Shown here piece after piece: positions 27,615 through 36,387 of a stretch of 43,443 nt of DNA. This stretch comes from Bacilli bacterium (lineage in GTDB: Bacteria; Bacillota_I; Bacilli_A; RF39; UBA660). The stretch covers positions 1-43,443 of the forward strand of contig JAGHHB010000066.1 of NCBI GenBank assembly GCA_017887885.1, given 5' to 3'. Each line of letters begins with the position of its first letter. Positions within the stretch are counted from its first letter, which is position 1. The translations under genes were made by a program, and so were the position numbers. Below the pieces are notes generated by a model. That model ran no database searches. It was not told the DNA's origin and saw only the letters and a list, made by a program, of their open reading frames with translations.

Positions 27615-28362
27615 TATTATCACCTTCAATTAAGCTAAAGAAAGCATCTCGTAAATTATCTGTTTTAGTCTTTTCTTTGATCATTTCTGGCGTACCAATC
27701 ATTATTACTTGACCTTTATTTATAAAAATTACTTTGTCACAAATACTCGCAGCTTCTTCCATATAATGCGTCGAATACAAAATACATTTCTTTTTTTTCT
27801 TTTCTTCTTTAATTGTATCTAATATTACCTTACTTGATATAATATCTAGTCCACTAGTGGGTTCGTCTAGAATATAATATTTAGGTTCATGAATAAGACA
27901 CCTAGCAATAGCAACTCTCTGCGTTTGTCCTGTCGATAATGAACCAATTCTTTGATATAAAAAAGAGTCCATAGCAAATTTACGAGATAATAACGAAATT
28001 CTTTCCTCAATTTCTCTTTTTTCTACTCTATAATATTCCGCACACATCTTGAGTAATTCGTAGGGTGATAAATCTTTGTATAATTTAGTATTCCCTGTCA
28101 GAAAGGTCATTTTCCTTTTTATTTCAATATCGTTATCTTCATAATTTAAGCCGTCTATTTCAATTGTTCCAGAAGTAGGAGCCATAATTCCCGCAATCAT
28201 TCGAAGTAATGTCGTTTTTCCTGCTCCATTTGGACCTAAAACGCCCACAATTTCTCCTTCTTTGGCTGTAAAACTTATTTCACGATCTGCATAAAATTCG
28301 CTTTTCTTTTTTTTGTCGATCAATTTTGTAAATTTTTTTGATACTTTTTCTATTTTTATCAT
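27607..28362 (-). CDS. ABC transporter ATP-binding protein (NatA-like)
   Basis: Walker A GPNGAGKTT, signature LSTGQTQR and Walker B ILDEPTSGLD. Confidence 0.9.
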   Translation of the reverse strand: MIKIEKVSKKFTKLIDKKKKSEFYADREISFTAKEGEIVGVLGPNGAGKTTLLRMIAGIMAPTSGTIEIDGLNYEDNDIEIKRKMTFLTGNTKLYKDLSPYELLKMCAEYYRVEKREIEERISLLSRKFAMDSFLYQRIGSLSTGQTQRVAIARCLIHEPKYYILDEPTSGLDIISSKVILDTIKEEKKKKKCILYSTHYMEEAASICDKVIFINKGQVIMIGTPEMIKEKTKTDNLRDAFFSLIEGDNNG

Positions 28363-28410
28363 ATAAACTTCCTCTCTATCTATATAATCATCTTAAAATA
28401 AATTTTGTCA

Positions 28411-28854
28411 TTAAAATTTCTTTTCTAGCATTATCGTTACTGGCCCATCGTTTACAATTTGCACTTTCATATCTGCTCCAAAAATTCCCGTTTCTACCTT
28501 TGACACTTTTTCCTGTAATTTATTATTAAAAAGATTGTACAATTTAAGTGCTTCTGCACCATTTAATGCCTTTATATAAGATGGTCTTCTGCCTTTTGTG
28601 GAATCACCATATAAAGTAAATTGACTTACAGAAAGAATACTACCTTCTATATTTAATAACGACTTATTCATAATTCCCTTCTCATCATCAAAGATTCGTA
28701 AATTAACTATTTTATCCACCATGTATTCAATTTCTTTAATACTATCAAATTTAGTAAAGGCTACAAATAGTAGCAAACCTTTACTTATTTTTCCAACTAT
28801 TCGATTATCAACTTCTACTGATGAAGTTATGACTCTCTGTATTAAAACTTTCAT
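28411..28854 (-). CDS. dtd: D-aminoacyl-tRNA deacylase
   Basis: MKVLIQRV....V.V.....G.I..GLL..V, SQFTLYGD..KGRRPS and NDGPVTI motifs. The start overlaps the relA stop (ATGA). Confidence 0.93.
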   Translation of the reverse strand: MKVLIQRVITSSVEVDNRIVGKISKGLLLFVAFTKFDSIKEIEYMVDKIVNLRIFDDEKGIMNKSLLNIEGSILSVSQFTLYGDSTKGRRPSYIKALNGAEALKLYNLFNNKLQEKVSKVETGIFGADMKVQIVNDGPVTIMLEKKF

Positions 28855-31034
28855 TAATTTACAACTCTTTCGACATGCTGAACAAATTTTAGATTCAATA
28901 AATCATTTAAAAATTTATCCAGTTTTTCTTTATTTTCAACTAGAATAGTCATACTATAAACTTTGTATTCACTCTTATTTATTGTCGTTATACAATCGAT
29001 AATAATATTATTAGAAGCCGCTTTCGTAATAATATCCAATAAATTATCATAAGTAATAGTGTAAATAATAATATCTGTAGGATATTTTTTTTCAATATTT
29101 GCATTCCATTTAACATTGATAAGGCGTTCTTCTGTATCCGTAATATGCTTACAACTTATACGATGTATAGTTATTCCCGAACCTCTAGTAATATAACCAA
29201 TAATATTATCTTGTGGTATTGGTTTACAGCAACCACTCAAACTTACTTTTATTTCTGACATTCCTTCTACTAAAATGTCATTGTTATTTATTACTTTTTG
29301 CTTATTGTAAGTTCTATTTTCATTTATTTTCTCTGCTATATCCTTTTCTGGTTCATCTTTCTTATATATAGTTTTGATAATACTTGAAGCTGTATATTTT
29401 CCGATACCAATAGCGGCATACACTTCCTCTATCGTTTTGAGTTTTAACTCATTCAAAATAAGATCAATATTTTTATTTGATAGAAAATCACTAATAGTTA
29501 TTTCATTTTTTTTCAATTCTTTTTCTAGTATCTCTCTACCCTTTTCGATATTTTCATTTTTTTCAAGCTTACTATAATATGATTTAATCTTATTTTTAGC
29601 GCCTGTCGTCACGACAAAAGATAACCAATCTTTACTAGGGCGAGACGAACTATTGGTATTAGCTTTAATAATGTCACCAGTATGTAATTGATAATCCAAA
29701 GGAACAATATTATCATTGACAATAGCACCAACAATATGATCGCCAACTTCACTGTGAACCTTATAGGCAAAATCTATAGGTGTTGATCCAGCAGGTAATT
29801 CTATGACATCACCTTTAGGAGTATAAACGTAAATGACATCATTTGCTAAAATATCTTTTTTTACAGAAGTGACAAATTCTTCGGGTGTTGCAGAATCTTC
29901 ATTAAGTTCAATGATATTTCTAAATATTTGTAATTTTTGTTCCATGACATCCTTACTAGCTTTTGCCCCATCAACACCATCCTTATATGACCAATGCGAA
30001 GCAATACCATATTCAGCTATTTTATTCATCTCATAAGTTCTAATTTGAATTTCAAATAATTCTCCGTCAATTCCAAAAACTGTCGTATGAAGAGATTGAT
30101 AAAGATTAGTTTTTGGCATAGCGATGTAATCCTTAAAGCGTTTAGGAACAGGTTTATATTTAGAATGAATCAAGCCCAAGGCCAAATAACAATCTTGTTC
30201 AGTATCGACAAAAACTCTTAAGGCCAGAATATCATATATATCATTAAATCTTTTACCTTTTGCCATTTTATTATAAATACTATAAATGCTTTTACTTCTA
30301 CCCTTTATTTCGTGTGGAATATTATGTTCTGTTAGCAAGGTCGATACTTCATCGAGCATTTTTCCAACAGCTTCATCTCTTTCAGACTTTTTAAGATTTA
30401 ATTTTTCCACAATATCAAAATAAGCATCAGGTTTTAAATAGCGAAGAGATAAATCTTCTAATTCGCTTTTAATTTTATATATACCAAGACGGTGTGCAAC
30501 AGGAGTCAAGATTTCTAACGTTTCTTTAGCTTTTCTCTTCTGCTTTTCTTCTGATAACACATACAAAGTACGCATATTATGAAGACGATCTGCTAATTTG
30601 ATTATTATTACTCGTACGTCTTCTGATAAACCAACTAAAATTTTTCGCTGATTGGCAGCCGAAGCTTCCGAATCGGAAGAAAAATTGATTTTATTTATTT
30701 TAGTAACTCCATCAACCAATAAAGCAACCTCGCTTCCAAATAATCTTTCTATTTCTTCTTTTGTCGAATCAGAATCTTCTATAGTATCATGCAAAAGAGC
30801 CGCAGCCATACACTGACTGTCAGCAGCAATTTCTGTTAGAATTAAGGCGACGTTCAAAGGATGAAGAATATAGTCGTCACCAGTAATTCGCTTCTGTCCG
30901 AAATGTTTTTTTTCGGCATAATCATATGCCTTTCTTATTAAAGCGATATCTTCTTCGTTATTATTGTATTCTTTAAATTTATCGACAAGTTCATCGATAG
31001 TTATATTTATTGTCTTTATACTCAATTTTCTCAC
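28854..31034 (-). CDS. relA: bifunctional (p)ppGpp synthetase/hydrolase RelA/SpoT homologue
   Basis: HD domain (HPLNVA...LHDTIEDS), synthetase domain (YQSLHTTV, EIQIRT), and TGS and ACT C-terminal domains. The track start is a GTG; TTG 31025 is an alternative. Confidence 0.93.
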   Translation of the reverse strand: MRKLSIKTINITIDELVDKFKEYNNNEEDIALIRKAYDYAEKKHFGQKRITGDDYILHPLNVALILTEIAADSQCMAAALLHDTIEDSDSTKEEIERLFGSEVALLVDGVTKINKINFSSDSEASAANQRKILVGLSEDVRVIIIKLADRLHNMRTLYVLSEEKQKRKAKETLEILTPVAHRLGIYKIKSELEDLSLRYLKPDAYFDIVEKLNLKKSERDEAVGKMLDEVSTLLTEHNIPHEIKGRSKSIYSIYNKMAKGKRFNDIYDILALRVFVDTEQDCYLALGLIHSKYKPVPKRFKDYIAMPKTNLYQSLHTTVFGIDGELFEIQIRTYEMNKIAEYGIASHWSYKDGVDGAKASKDVMEQKLQIFRNIIELNEDSATPEEFVTSVKKDILANDVIYVYTPKGDVIELPAGSTPIDFAYKVHSEVGDHIVGAIVNDNIVPLDYQLHTGDIIKANTNSSSRPSKDWLSFVVTTGAKNKIKSYYSKLEKNENIEKGREILEKELKKNEITISDFLSNKNIDLILNELKLKTIEEVYAAIGIGKYTASSIIKTIYKKDEPEKDIAEKINENRTYNKQKVINNNDILVEGMSEIKVSLSGCCKPIPQDNIIGYITRGSGITIHRISCKHITDTEERLINVKWNANIEKKYPTDIIIYTITYDNLLDIITKAASNNIIIDCITTINKSEYKVYSMTILVENKEKLDKFLNDLLNLKFVQHVERVVN

Positions 31035-31050
31035 TCTCTCTTTATATTAA

Positions 31051-33327
31051 CTAACAATTAATACCTTTAACCTGCAGTTCTTCGATTTCGTGTTTATCTT
31101 CTTTTTTTGGTCTATTTAATCTCTTGATTTCAATAAGTAACCATAGTTGATTAGAAATATAAATTGAAGAAAATACTCCCGCTATAAAACCAATCAAAAG
31201 TGCTAAATTAAAATTTAATATTTCACTAGAACCAAAGAAAATGAGAGCTATAACCGGAATAATCGTTGTCAAAGTTGTTAAAATTGTCCGGAAAAAGGTT
31301 AGTCGTAAAGAATCGTTAACAATATTTCTTAAATCCTTTTCATTCGTTACAGTTTGTGAATTATAATTTCGTCTAATCATATCAAAGTTTACAATTGTAT
31401 CATTGATAGAATAACCAATTATTGTAAGAATAGCTGCGATAAATATGGAGTTTATTTCTAATTTAAAAATACCAAAAAATATTACTGTTATTAATACATC
31501 GTGAACAAGAGCAATAATTCCTGCTATCGCATAACTAAATTTAAAACGACAACTAACATAAATAATAATTCCTATTAAGGATAATAGTACGGCAAAAATA
31601 GCATTTTTTATTAATTCCTTTTTAACAAGATCAGAAACTACAAAAATATTGGTAGGACTATGATATTTAGCTTCTAGCTCCGAAGCCAACTTACTTATTT
31701 CTTCCTTTGTCAGTACTTCCTTAATGACAATGTTCGTGCTATCCTTACTGATATTTTCTTTTATTATATTATAATTTTCCAGTTCAACATTTTCTAAAGT
31801 ATTAATAGTTATACTAGTTCCACCTGTAAAGTCTACCGCAAAATTAAATTTAGTTATATAACTATACAAAAAGCCACCAACTATTAGTATTAATATTACT
31901 GGCAACAATACTTTGCGAGATTTCACAAAATCTATTTTTTGGAAAGGAATTCTAATCTTTGCGCTTGGGACTATTCTTTTTTTAGATAGACCTATAAATA
32001 AATTAACTCTACCATCAAAATAATCCATTTTGACAAATAATTTGATAATAAATTTTGCAAGAAAAGTTAAAATCAAAATAGTTAAAATAATATTGATAAT
32101 AAGCATCGTTGCAAATCCTTTAATAGAACTTTGTCCAAAAATAAATAAGATTATAGCTACAATTATTGTTGTTATATTAGCATCCATAATACTCGATAAC
32201 GATTCTTTATTGCCTATTGTTACTGCTGTTTTAAGTTCTACCCCTCTTTTAAGTTGATCTTTTATTCTTTCAAAATTAATAACAGAAGCATCGACAGCCA
32301 TACCAATTCCCAATAACATTGCCGCTATTCCCGGTAAGGTAAGCGTTCCATCAATTAGATAAAAGATCAAAAAAGAAAGCATAGTATATAAGGTCAAACA
32401 AACTCCCGCTATAAAACCACAAAAATGGTATATCATGATCAATATCAAAAAGACAAGAATAATACCAATTATCCCAGCTATTAAAGTTTTGTTTAATGAA
32501 TCCGTACCATACTTTGCTTCTACTGTTTGTGAAGAAATTTCAGACAATTTTGTCGGTAAAGCTCCCGAATTTATTAATTCCGCTAAAGATTCTGCTTCCT
32601 CGAGTGTAAAATTACCTTGAATTACAACGTCCGAAGAAAAAGCCTGTTCAACCCGTGCAGCAGATAAACATTTTGAATCAGATAAAGACCCATAATTATT
32701 TTTTTCTTTAAGATAAGAATCACTATTCTCATCAAAATCTAACCAAATAACAATTATATTGTTAGTCATGTCTTTTACTTTATTAGTTACAGCATAAAAC
32801 GTTCCACTATCTTTAATTGCCAAACTGACAGCGGGCCTTCCATACGTATCCGTAACCACTTTAGCATTACCACCTAAAACATCAGCAGTCATTAATAAGT
32901 TATCATTAGTATCTCGAAACGAAAGCACTGCAGTTGAAGATATTACTTCTCTCGCTTCGTCATGATTATTAACCCCTGCTAGTGCAATCCTAATTTTATT
33001 ATTATCCTCAATACTTATCTCCGGTTCATTAACTCCCAAAATATCTATTCTCTTAAGTATAGCTTTATAAGTATTATATACCATATCTGAAGTAAGTTCT
33101 TCATCATTTAAAGATTCAATTTGATATAAAACTTCAAATCCTCCCCGAAGATCTAAACCATAGTTTATCTTTTTAAATACTGGTATAGTCAAATAACAAG
33201 AAAGTAATAAGATGATAAGACAAAGCATCGATCCACCCAAAACTTTTAATACTTTCTTTTTGCCAACAAAAATAAATAACAAACTACATAAGGTAGTAAT
33301 TATTGATAATATTAATACAATTCTCAT
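31051..33327 (-). CDS. secDF: fused protein translocase subunit SecDF
   Basis: 758 aa with a SecD periplasmic domain plus 6 TM, followed by a SecF-like half. The fusion is Bacillus-type. Confidence 0.9.
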   Translation of the reverse strand: MRIVLILSIITTLCSLLFIFVGKKKVLKVLGGSMLCLIILLLSCYLTIPVFKKINYGLDLRGGFEVLYQIESLNDEELTSDMVYNTYKAILKRIDILGVNEPEISIEDNNKIRIALAGVNNHDEAREVISSTAVLSFRDTNDNLLMTADVLGGNAKVVTDTYGRPAVSLAIKDSGTFYAVTNKVKDMTNNIIVIWLDFDENSDSYLKEKNNYGSLSDSKCLSAARVEQAFSSDVVIQGNFTLEEAESLAELINSGALPTKLSEISSQTVEAKYGTDSLNKTLIAGIIGIILVFLILIMIYHFCGFIAGVCLTLYTMLSFLIFYLIDGTLTLPGIAAMLLGIGMAVDASVINFERIKDQLKRGVELKTAVTIGNKESLSSIMDANITTIIVAIILFIFGQSSIKGFATMLIINIILTILILTFLAKFIIKLFVKMDYFDGRVNLFIGLSKKRIVPSAKIRIPFQKIDFVKSRKVLLPVILILIVGGFLYSYITKFNFAVDFTGGTSITINTLENVELENYNIIKENISKDSTNIVIKEVLTKEEISKLASELEAKYHSPTNIFVVSDLVKKELIKNAIFAVLLSLIGIIIYVSCRFKFSYAIAGIIALVHDVLITVIFFGIFKLEINSIFIAAILTIIGYSINDTIVNFDMIRRNYNSQTVTNEKDLRNIVNDSLRLTFFRTILTTLTTIIPVIALIFFGSSEILNFNLALLIGFIAGVFSSIYISNQLWLLIEIKRLNRPKKEDKHEIEELQVKGINC

Positions 33328-33329
33328 TT

Positions 33330-33599
33330 TTAATCAAACACCCGATTCGTATGAAAAAATTCTTCATTTGGTAATTGTTTTTTTAAAAATAAATCAACTT
33401 TATCAATATTAATATCAATAATATCATTTACCATTTCCGAAATAGTTAAATTTTTATCTTTACACCATTTATTTATCTTTAAATAATTCCAAATATCGAT
33501 CATCTTAATATAAGCATGTTCTTTTCTTATTAGCCTAAGTTTCACTTGGAAAGCACCCTTAAGTATCTTAAATAATTCCTCTTGAGACACATAATTCAT
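33330..33599 (-). CDS. post-transcriptional regulator ComN/YrzD-like
   Basis: 89-aa protein directly upstream of secDF, where comN (yrzD) lies in B. subtilis. The call rests on position and general sequence character only. Confidence 0.45.
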   Translation of the reverse strand: MNYVSQEELFKILKGAFQVKLRLIRKEHAYIKMIDIWNYLKINKWCKDKNLTISEMVNDIIDINIDKVDLFLKKQLPNEEFFHTNRVFD

Positions 33600-33740
33600 T
33601 TCTAATCACCTATTTAATTATACTATAATAATCTATAAAAAAAAATAGTGAATTAAAAAAATTATCAATATTTATGAAAAATATCTAAAATAAGAATTAC
33701 CATTTTATAATTCAATAAGATCCTTTAAAAAAAACTATCA

Positions 33741-34010
33741 CTAGTTTTTTATCCTCTCATCGATCACTTTATCATTCTTTTCAAATAATAATTCAATATC
33801 TATATCTAAAGCATTTGCAATATTACTAACAGCATCAATAGAAAAATTCTTTTGTGTATTGGGTGCTTCTATTCTTCTTATAAATTCGTGAGAATATTCT
33901 GTCTTTTCGGCAAGTTCTGCCTGTGTTAATTTTTTACTTGTTCGGTAAAATTTTATATTTTTAGCAATTACCTCGTATACATCATAACACTTCTCTTTCC
34001 TTGCTTTCAT
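33741..34010 (-). CDS. XRE-family HTH transcriptional regulator
   Basis: IAKNIKFYRTSKKLTQAELAEKTEYSHEFIRRIE is a Cro/C1 HTH. RBS AGGGTGA. Confidence 0.8.
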   Translation of the reverse strand: MKARKEKCYDVYEVIAKNIKFYRTSKKLTQAELAEKTEYSHEFIRRIEAPNTQKNFSIDAVSNIANALDIDIELLFEKNDKVIDERIKN

Positions 34011-34054
34011 TTACATCACCCTAATATTATTCTCTCACAAATTTAATTTTTTTT

Positions 34055-34075
34055 ATGTAACCTATTTGGTTACAT
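34055..34075. promoter_or_regulatory. perfect 8-bp inverted repeat, candidate operator of the XRE regulator
   Basis: ATGTAACC-tattt-GGTTACAT, 45-65 nt upstream of the XRE start and 20 nt downstream of the sigF stop. Confidence 0.35.
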
Positions 34076-34094
34076 TTTGACTATTGCAAGAATA

Positions 34095-34766
34095 TTAGGC
34101 AGCAATCTTATAATTTTCTTTAATTTTTTTAAGTGTTTTCTGTTCACGTCGTGAAACTTGAACTTGATTTATTCCGAGAAGTGCCGCTACTTCACTTTGT
34201 GTCTTATCTTCAAAATATCTTAAATAAATAATTTTTTGCTCTTCAGCAGTTAATTTTGCCAACTCTGTATTAAGCATCAAGGAATCTATATTGTAATAGT
34301 CTCTTTCATCACTTATTGTTTCAGATAACAACATATCTCTACTGCTGCTATCATATATAACACGATCTAAACTATCTACTGGCTCCATTGAAGAACAAAC
34401 TGCTATAATAATATCAGGATCTATTTCTAATATTTGGGCAAGCTCAAATACATTAGGCTCACGCATTAATTTTTGACTTAAAATATTTCTAGCTTCATTT
34501 ACCTTTTTATATAGACGATAATTTTCTTTAGCTATTTTTAATGACCGATCATTATGAATATATTTATATATCTCTCCATATATATATTTATATGCGTACG
34601 TAGAAAATTTAGCACCTTTTTCATTTTGATAATTATCATAAGCTTTCATTACCCCTATAGTTCCAACTTGATAAAGATCATCAATGCTATTACCTCTAAA
34701 ATATTTATTTATTATCATATAAATTAGATTACTACATGCATCGATAACTTCCTCATATTTATTCAT
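34095..34766 (-). CDS. sigF: sporulation sigma factor, SigF-like (group 3 sigma-70)
   Basis: Aligns by eye with B. subtilis SigF: FSTYA...I.GEI..(F/Y)I..D, then L.(Y)LRY(F/Y).D.TQSEVA..LGI.QVQVSR.E.K.LK.IK. It follows a SpoIIAA-like gene and lies downstream of dacF. Confidence 0.8.
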   Translation of the reverse strand: MNKYEEVIDACSNLIYMIINKYFRGNSIDDLYQVGTIGVMKAYDNYQNEKGAKFSTYAYKYIYGEIYKYIHNDRSLKIAKENYRLYKKVNEARNILSQKLMREPNVFELAQILEIDPDIIIAVCSSMEPVDSLDRVIYDSSSRDMLLSETISDERDYYNIDSLMLNTELAKLTAEEQKIIYLRYFEDKTQSEVAALLGINQVQVSRREQKTLKKIKENYKIAA

Positions 34767-35075
34767 TTATATCATCCTTTCAAATAATCTAAATGCATCA
34801 TACTCATTATTTATTTTCGGAATATCCTTAAGTAAACTCTTCGAAATATTAAATTTATCACAAATAACTATTTTACCGCGCGTATCTTCAAATTTTTTAC
34901 ATAATTTATTTAAATATTTAATACTATAACTATCTATTGAATACATGTTATCAATATTTAACACTATATATTTAAAATCACTATCGATTATTCCTTTTAC
35001 AGTATCTCGGCTAAGGTCTCCTTTAATTCTTATAAAAAGAATTCCCTTTCTAAATTCCATATTTGTTTTTAGCAA
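34767..35075 (-). CDS. spoIIAA: anti-sigma-factor antagonist (STAS), SpoIIAA-like
   Basis: LFIRIKGDL...YIVLNIDNMYSIDSYSI...GKIVIC matches SpoIIAA L.IRL.GELD...HIVLNL..L.FMDSSG...GEMVVC. The Asp-Ser at the phosphorylation position is retained. The start is probably TTG 35075, 6 nt after GAGGTG; the track start is GTG 35084. Confidence 0.75.
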   Translation of the reverse strand: MLKTNMEFRKGILFIRIKGDLSRDTVKGIIDSDFKYIVLNIDNMYSIDSYSIKYLNKLCKKFEDTRGKIVICDKFNISKSLLKDIPKINNEYDAFRLFERMI

Positions 35076-35148
35076 TTTATTCACCTCATTATCAATTTAG
35101 CACAATTAAGACTATAAATATACCATTTCGACAAAAGTAGATAAATAA

Positions 35149-36270
35149 TTATTTCGACATTTTTTTATTAACCTTAATAATTATTAGAAGCAATATTGCC
35201 ACAATCAAAATTGTACATCCAATTATATCTATTATAATCTTCTTATTATCTATTTTTAATGGTTTAATAATATCATTTATATTTTCATGATGTTGACCGG
35301 CTATAGAAGAAATATCTGTAGCCTCTTTTTCTTTGAGAATTATATCATTACTAGATGAATCAAAAATCTCTTGATTAACATTATTCTCATAGTTCTGATC
35401 TTGTATATAATCACTAATTAAATATTTATAAAAAATTTTACTCTCTTGTAAGCTCTTAATATAGCTTGGATCACTAATTGAAACATGATACTCATCATCA
35501 TAGTAGACTCTTTTTTTATTAAAGCGATAAGTAAATATCTTTCTTTCTTGGCACATTTCTTTCTCTTCTAATACTATCGTTTCATCATCACCTTCTAACC
35601 GTTCAAAAGCATAACTTATTGGCAACAAGTAACTAGAATCAACAATATAATCTCCAATATAATATAAATTTTGGTCCGTATTTCCTTCTATTTTTAGCGA
35701 AACATCTCCATCATCATCCATAAATTTTAGATCATAAGATATAAACTCTTGATTATCAGTATTTAAAGATAATGTTATCTTTTTAGTTATATATTCCTTT
35801 GCTAAATCTATCAATATAGAATCATTTTTAGAAATTTTTTTCACAGGATCATATTGTCTATCTTTCATTACAAAAGCAATCTTCTCTTGTTCATTAAATA
35901 CCTCTAAATTATTAATTACTATATCATTACTCATGTTACTAATTTCTAAATATCTCGTTCTTCTAATTTTCTGAAAAGGATAAACTTTAACTTGTTTTGT
36001 ATCAAGATATATCGCCTCATCACATTCATCCTTTAAGGATGTATATTCTGAATATATTATATTTTCCCTATCTTCATAAGAATATTTATTATTTTGTTCA
36101 CCTTTTAAAATATATTCTCCCTCGATAATTTCCTTATAAAATTTATATCTTTCCTCCTTTTCTAATAATTTTAAATCATCTCGTTCTACTTCCGACCATA
36201 TTATATTGGCATGTACTGATGTTATCTGCATCAACATAAACAAAATAGCCAACATTATCTTCTTATTCAT
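35149..36270 (-). CDS. hypothetical secreted/membrane-anchored protein (373 aa)
   Basis: Signal peptide MNKKIMLAILFMLMQITSVHA and a C-terminal TM followed by a basic tail. RBS GGGAGGAAAG. No recognised domain. Confidence 0.65.
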   Translation of the reverse strand: MNKKIMLAILFMLMQITSVHANIIWSEVERDDLKLLEKEERYKFYKEIIEGEYILKGEQNNKYSYEDRENIIYSEYTSLKDECDEAIYLDTKQVKVYPFQKIRRTRYLEISNMSNDIVINNLEVFNEQEKIAFVMKDRQYDPVKKISKNDSILIDLAKEYITKKITLSLNTDNQEFISYDLKFMDDDGDVSLKIEGNTDQNLYYIGDYIVDSSYLLPISYAFERLEGDDETIVLEEKEMCQERKIFTYRFNKKRVYYDDEYHVSISDPSYIKSLQESKIFYKYLISDYIQDQNYENNVNQEIFDSSSNDIILKEKEATDISSIAGQHHENINDIIKPLKIDNKKIIIDIIGCTILIVAILLLIIIKVNKKMSK

Positions 36271-36360
36271 CTTTCCTCCCTTCATTCTTTATATACAATT
36301 TTTTTAAATCGTTTTCCCAATTTTGAAATATTTTATTTTTTAACTCAAACAATACCAAAT

Positions 36361-36387
36361 CAAAAAAAGATCTAAAATTTTAGATCT
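36361..36387 (-). terminator. intrinsic terminator overlapping the dacF stop codon
   Basis: Perfect 20-bp palindrome AGATCTAAAATTTTAGATCT (36368-36387), followed on the minus strand by U7. Confidence 0.75.

Noticed and set aside
35076-35148. I looked for sigma-H (spoIIA-type) and sigma-F/G promoter consensus upstream of spoIIAA, dacF (37524-37628) and spoIVB (11458-11560).
   Set aside because: Only partial matches turned up, for example GCATA near dacF with the wrong spacing. None has both elements at correct spacing, so no promoter is claimed.
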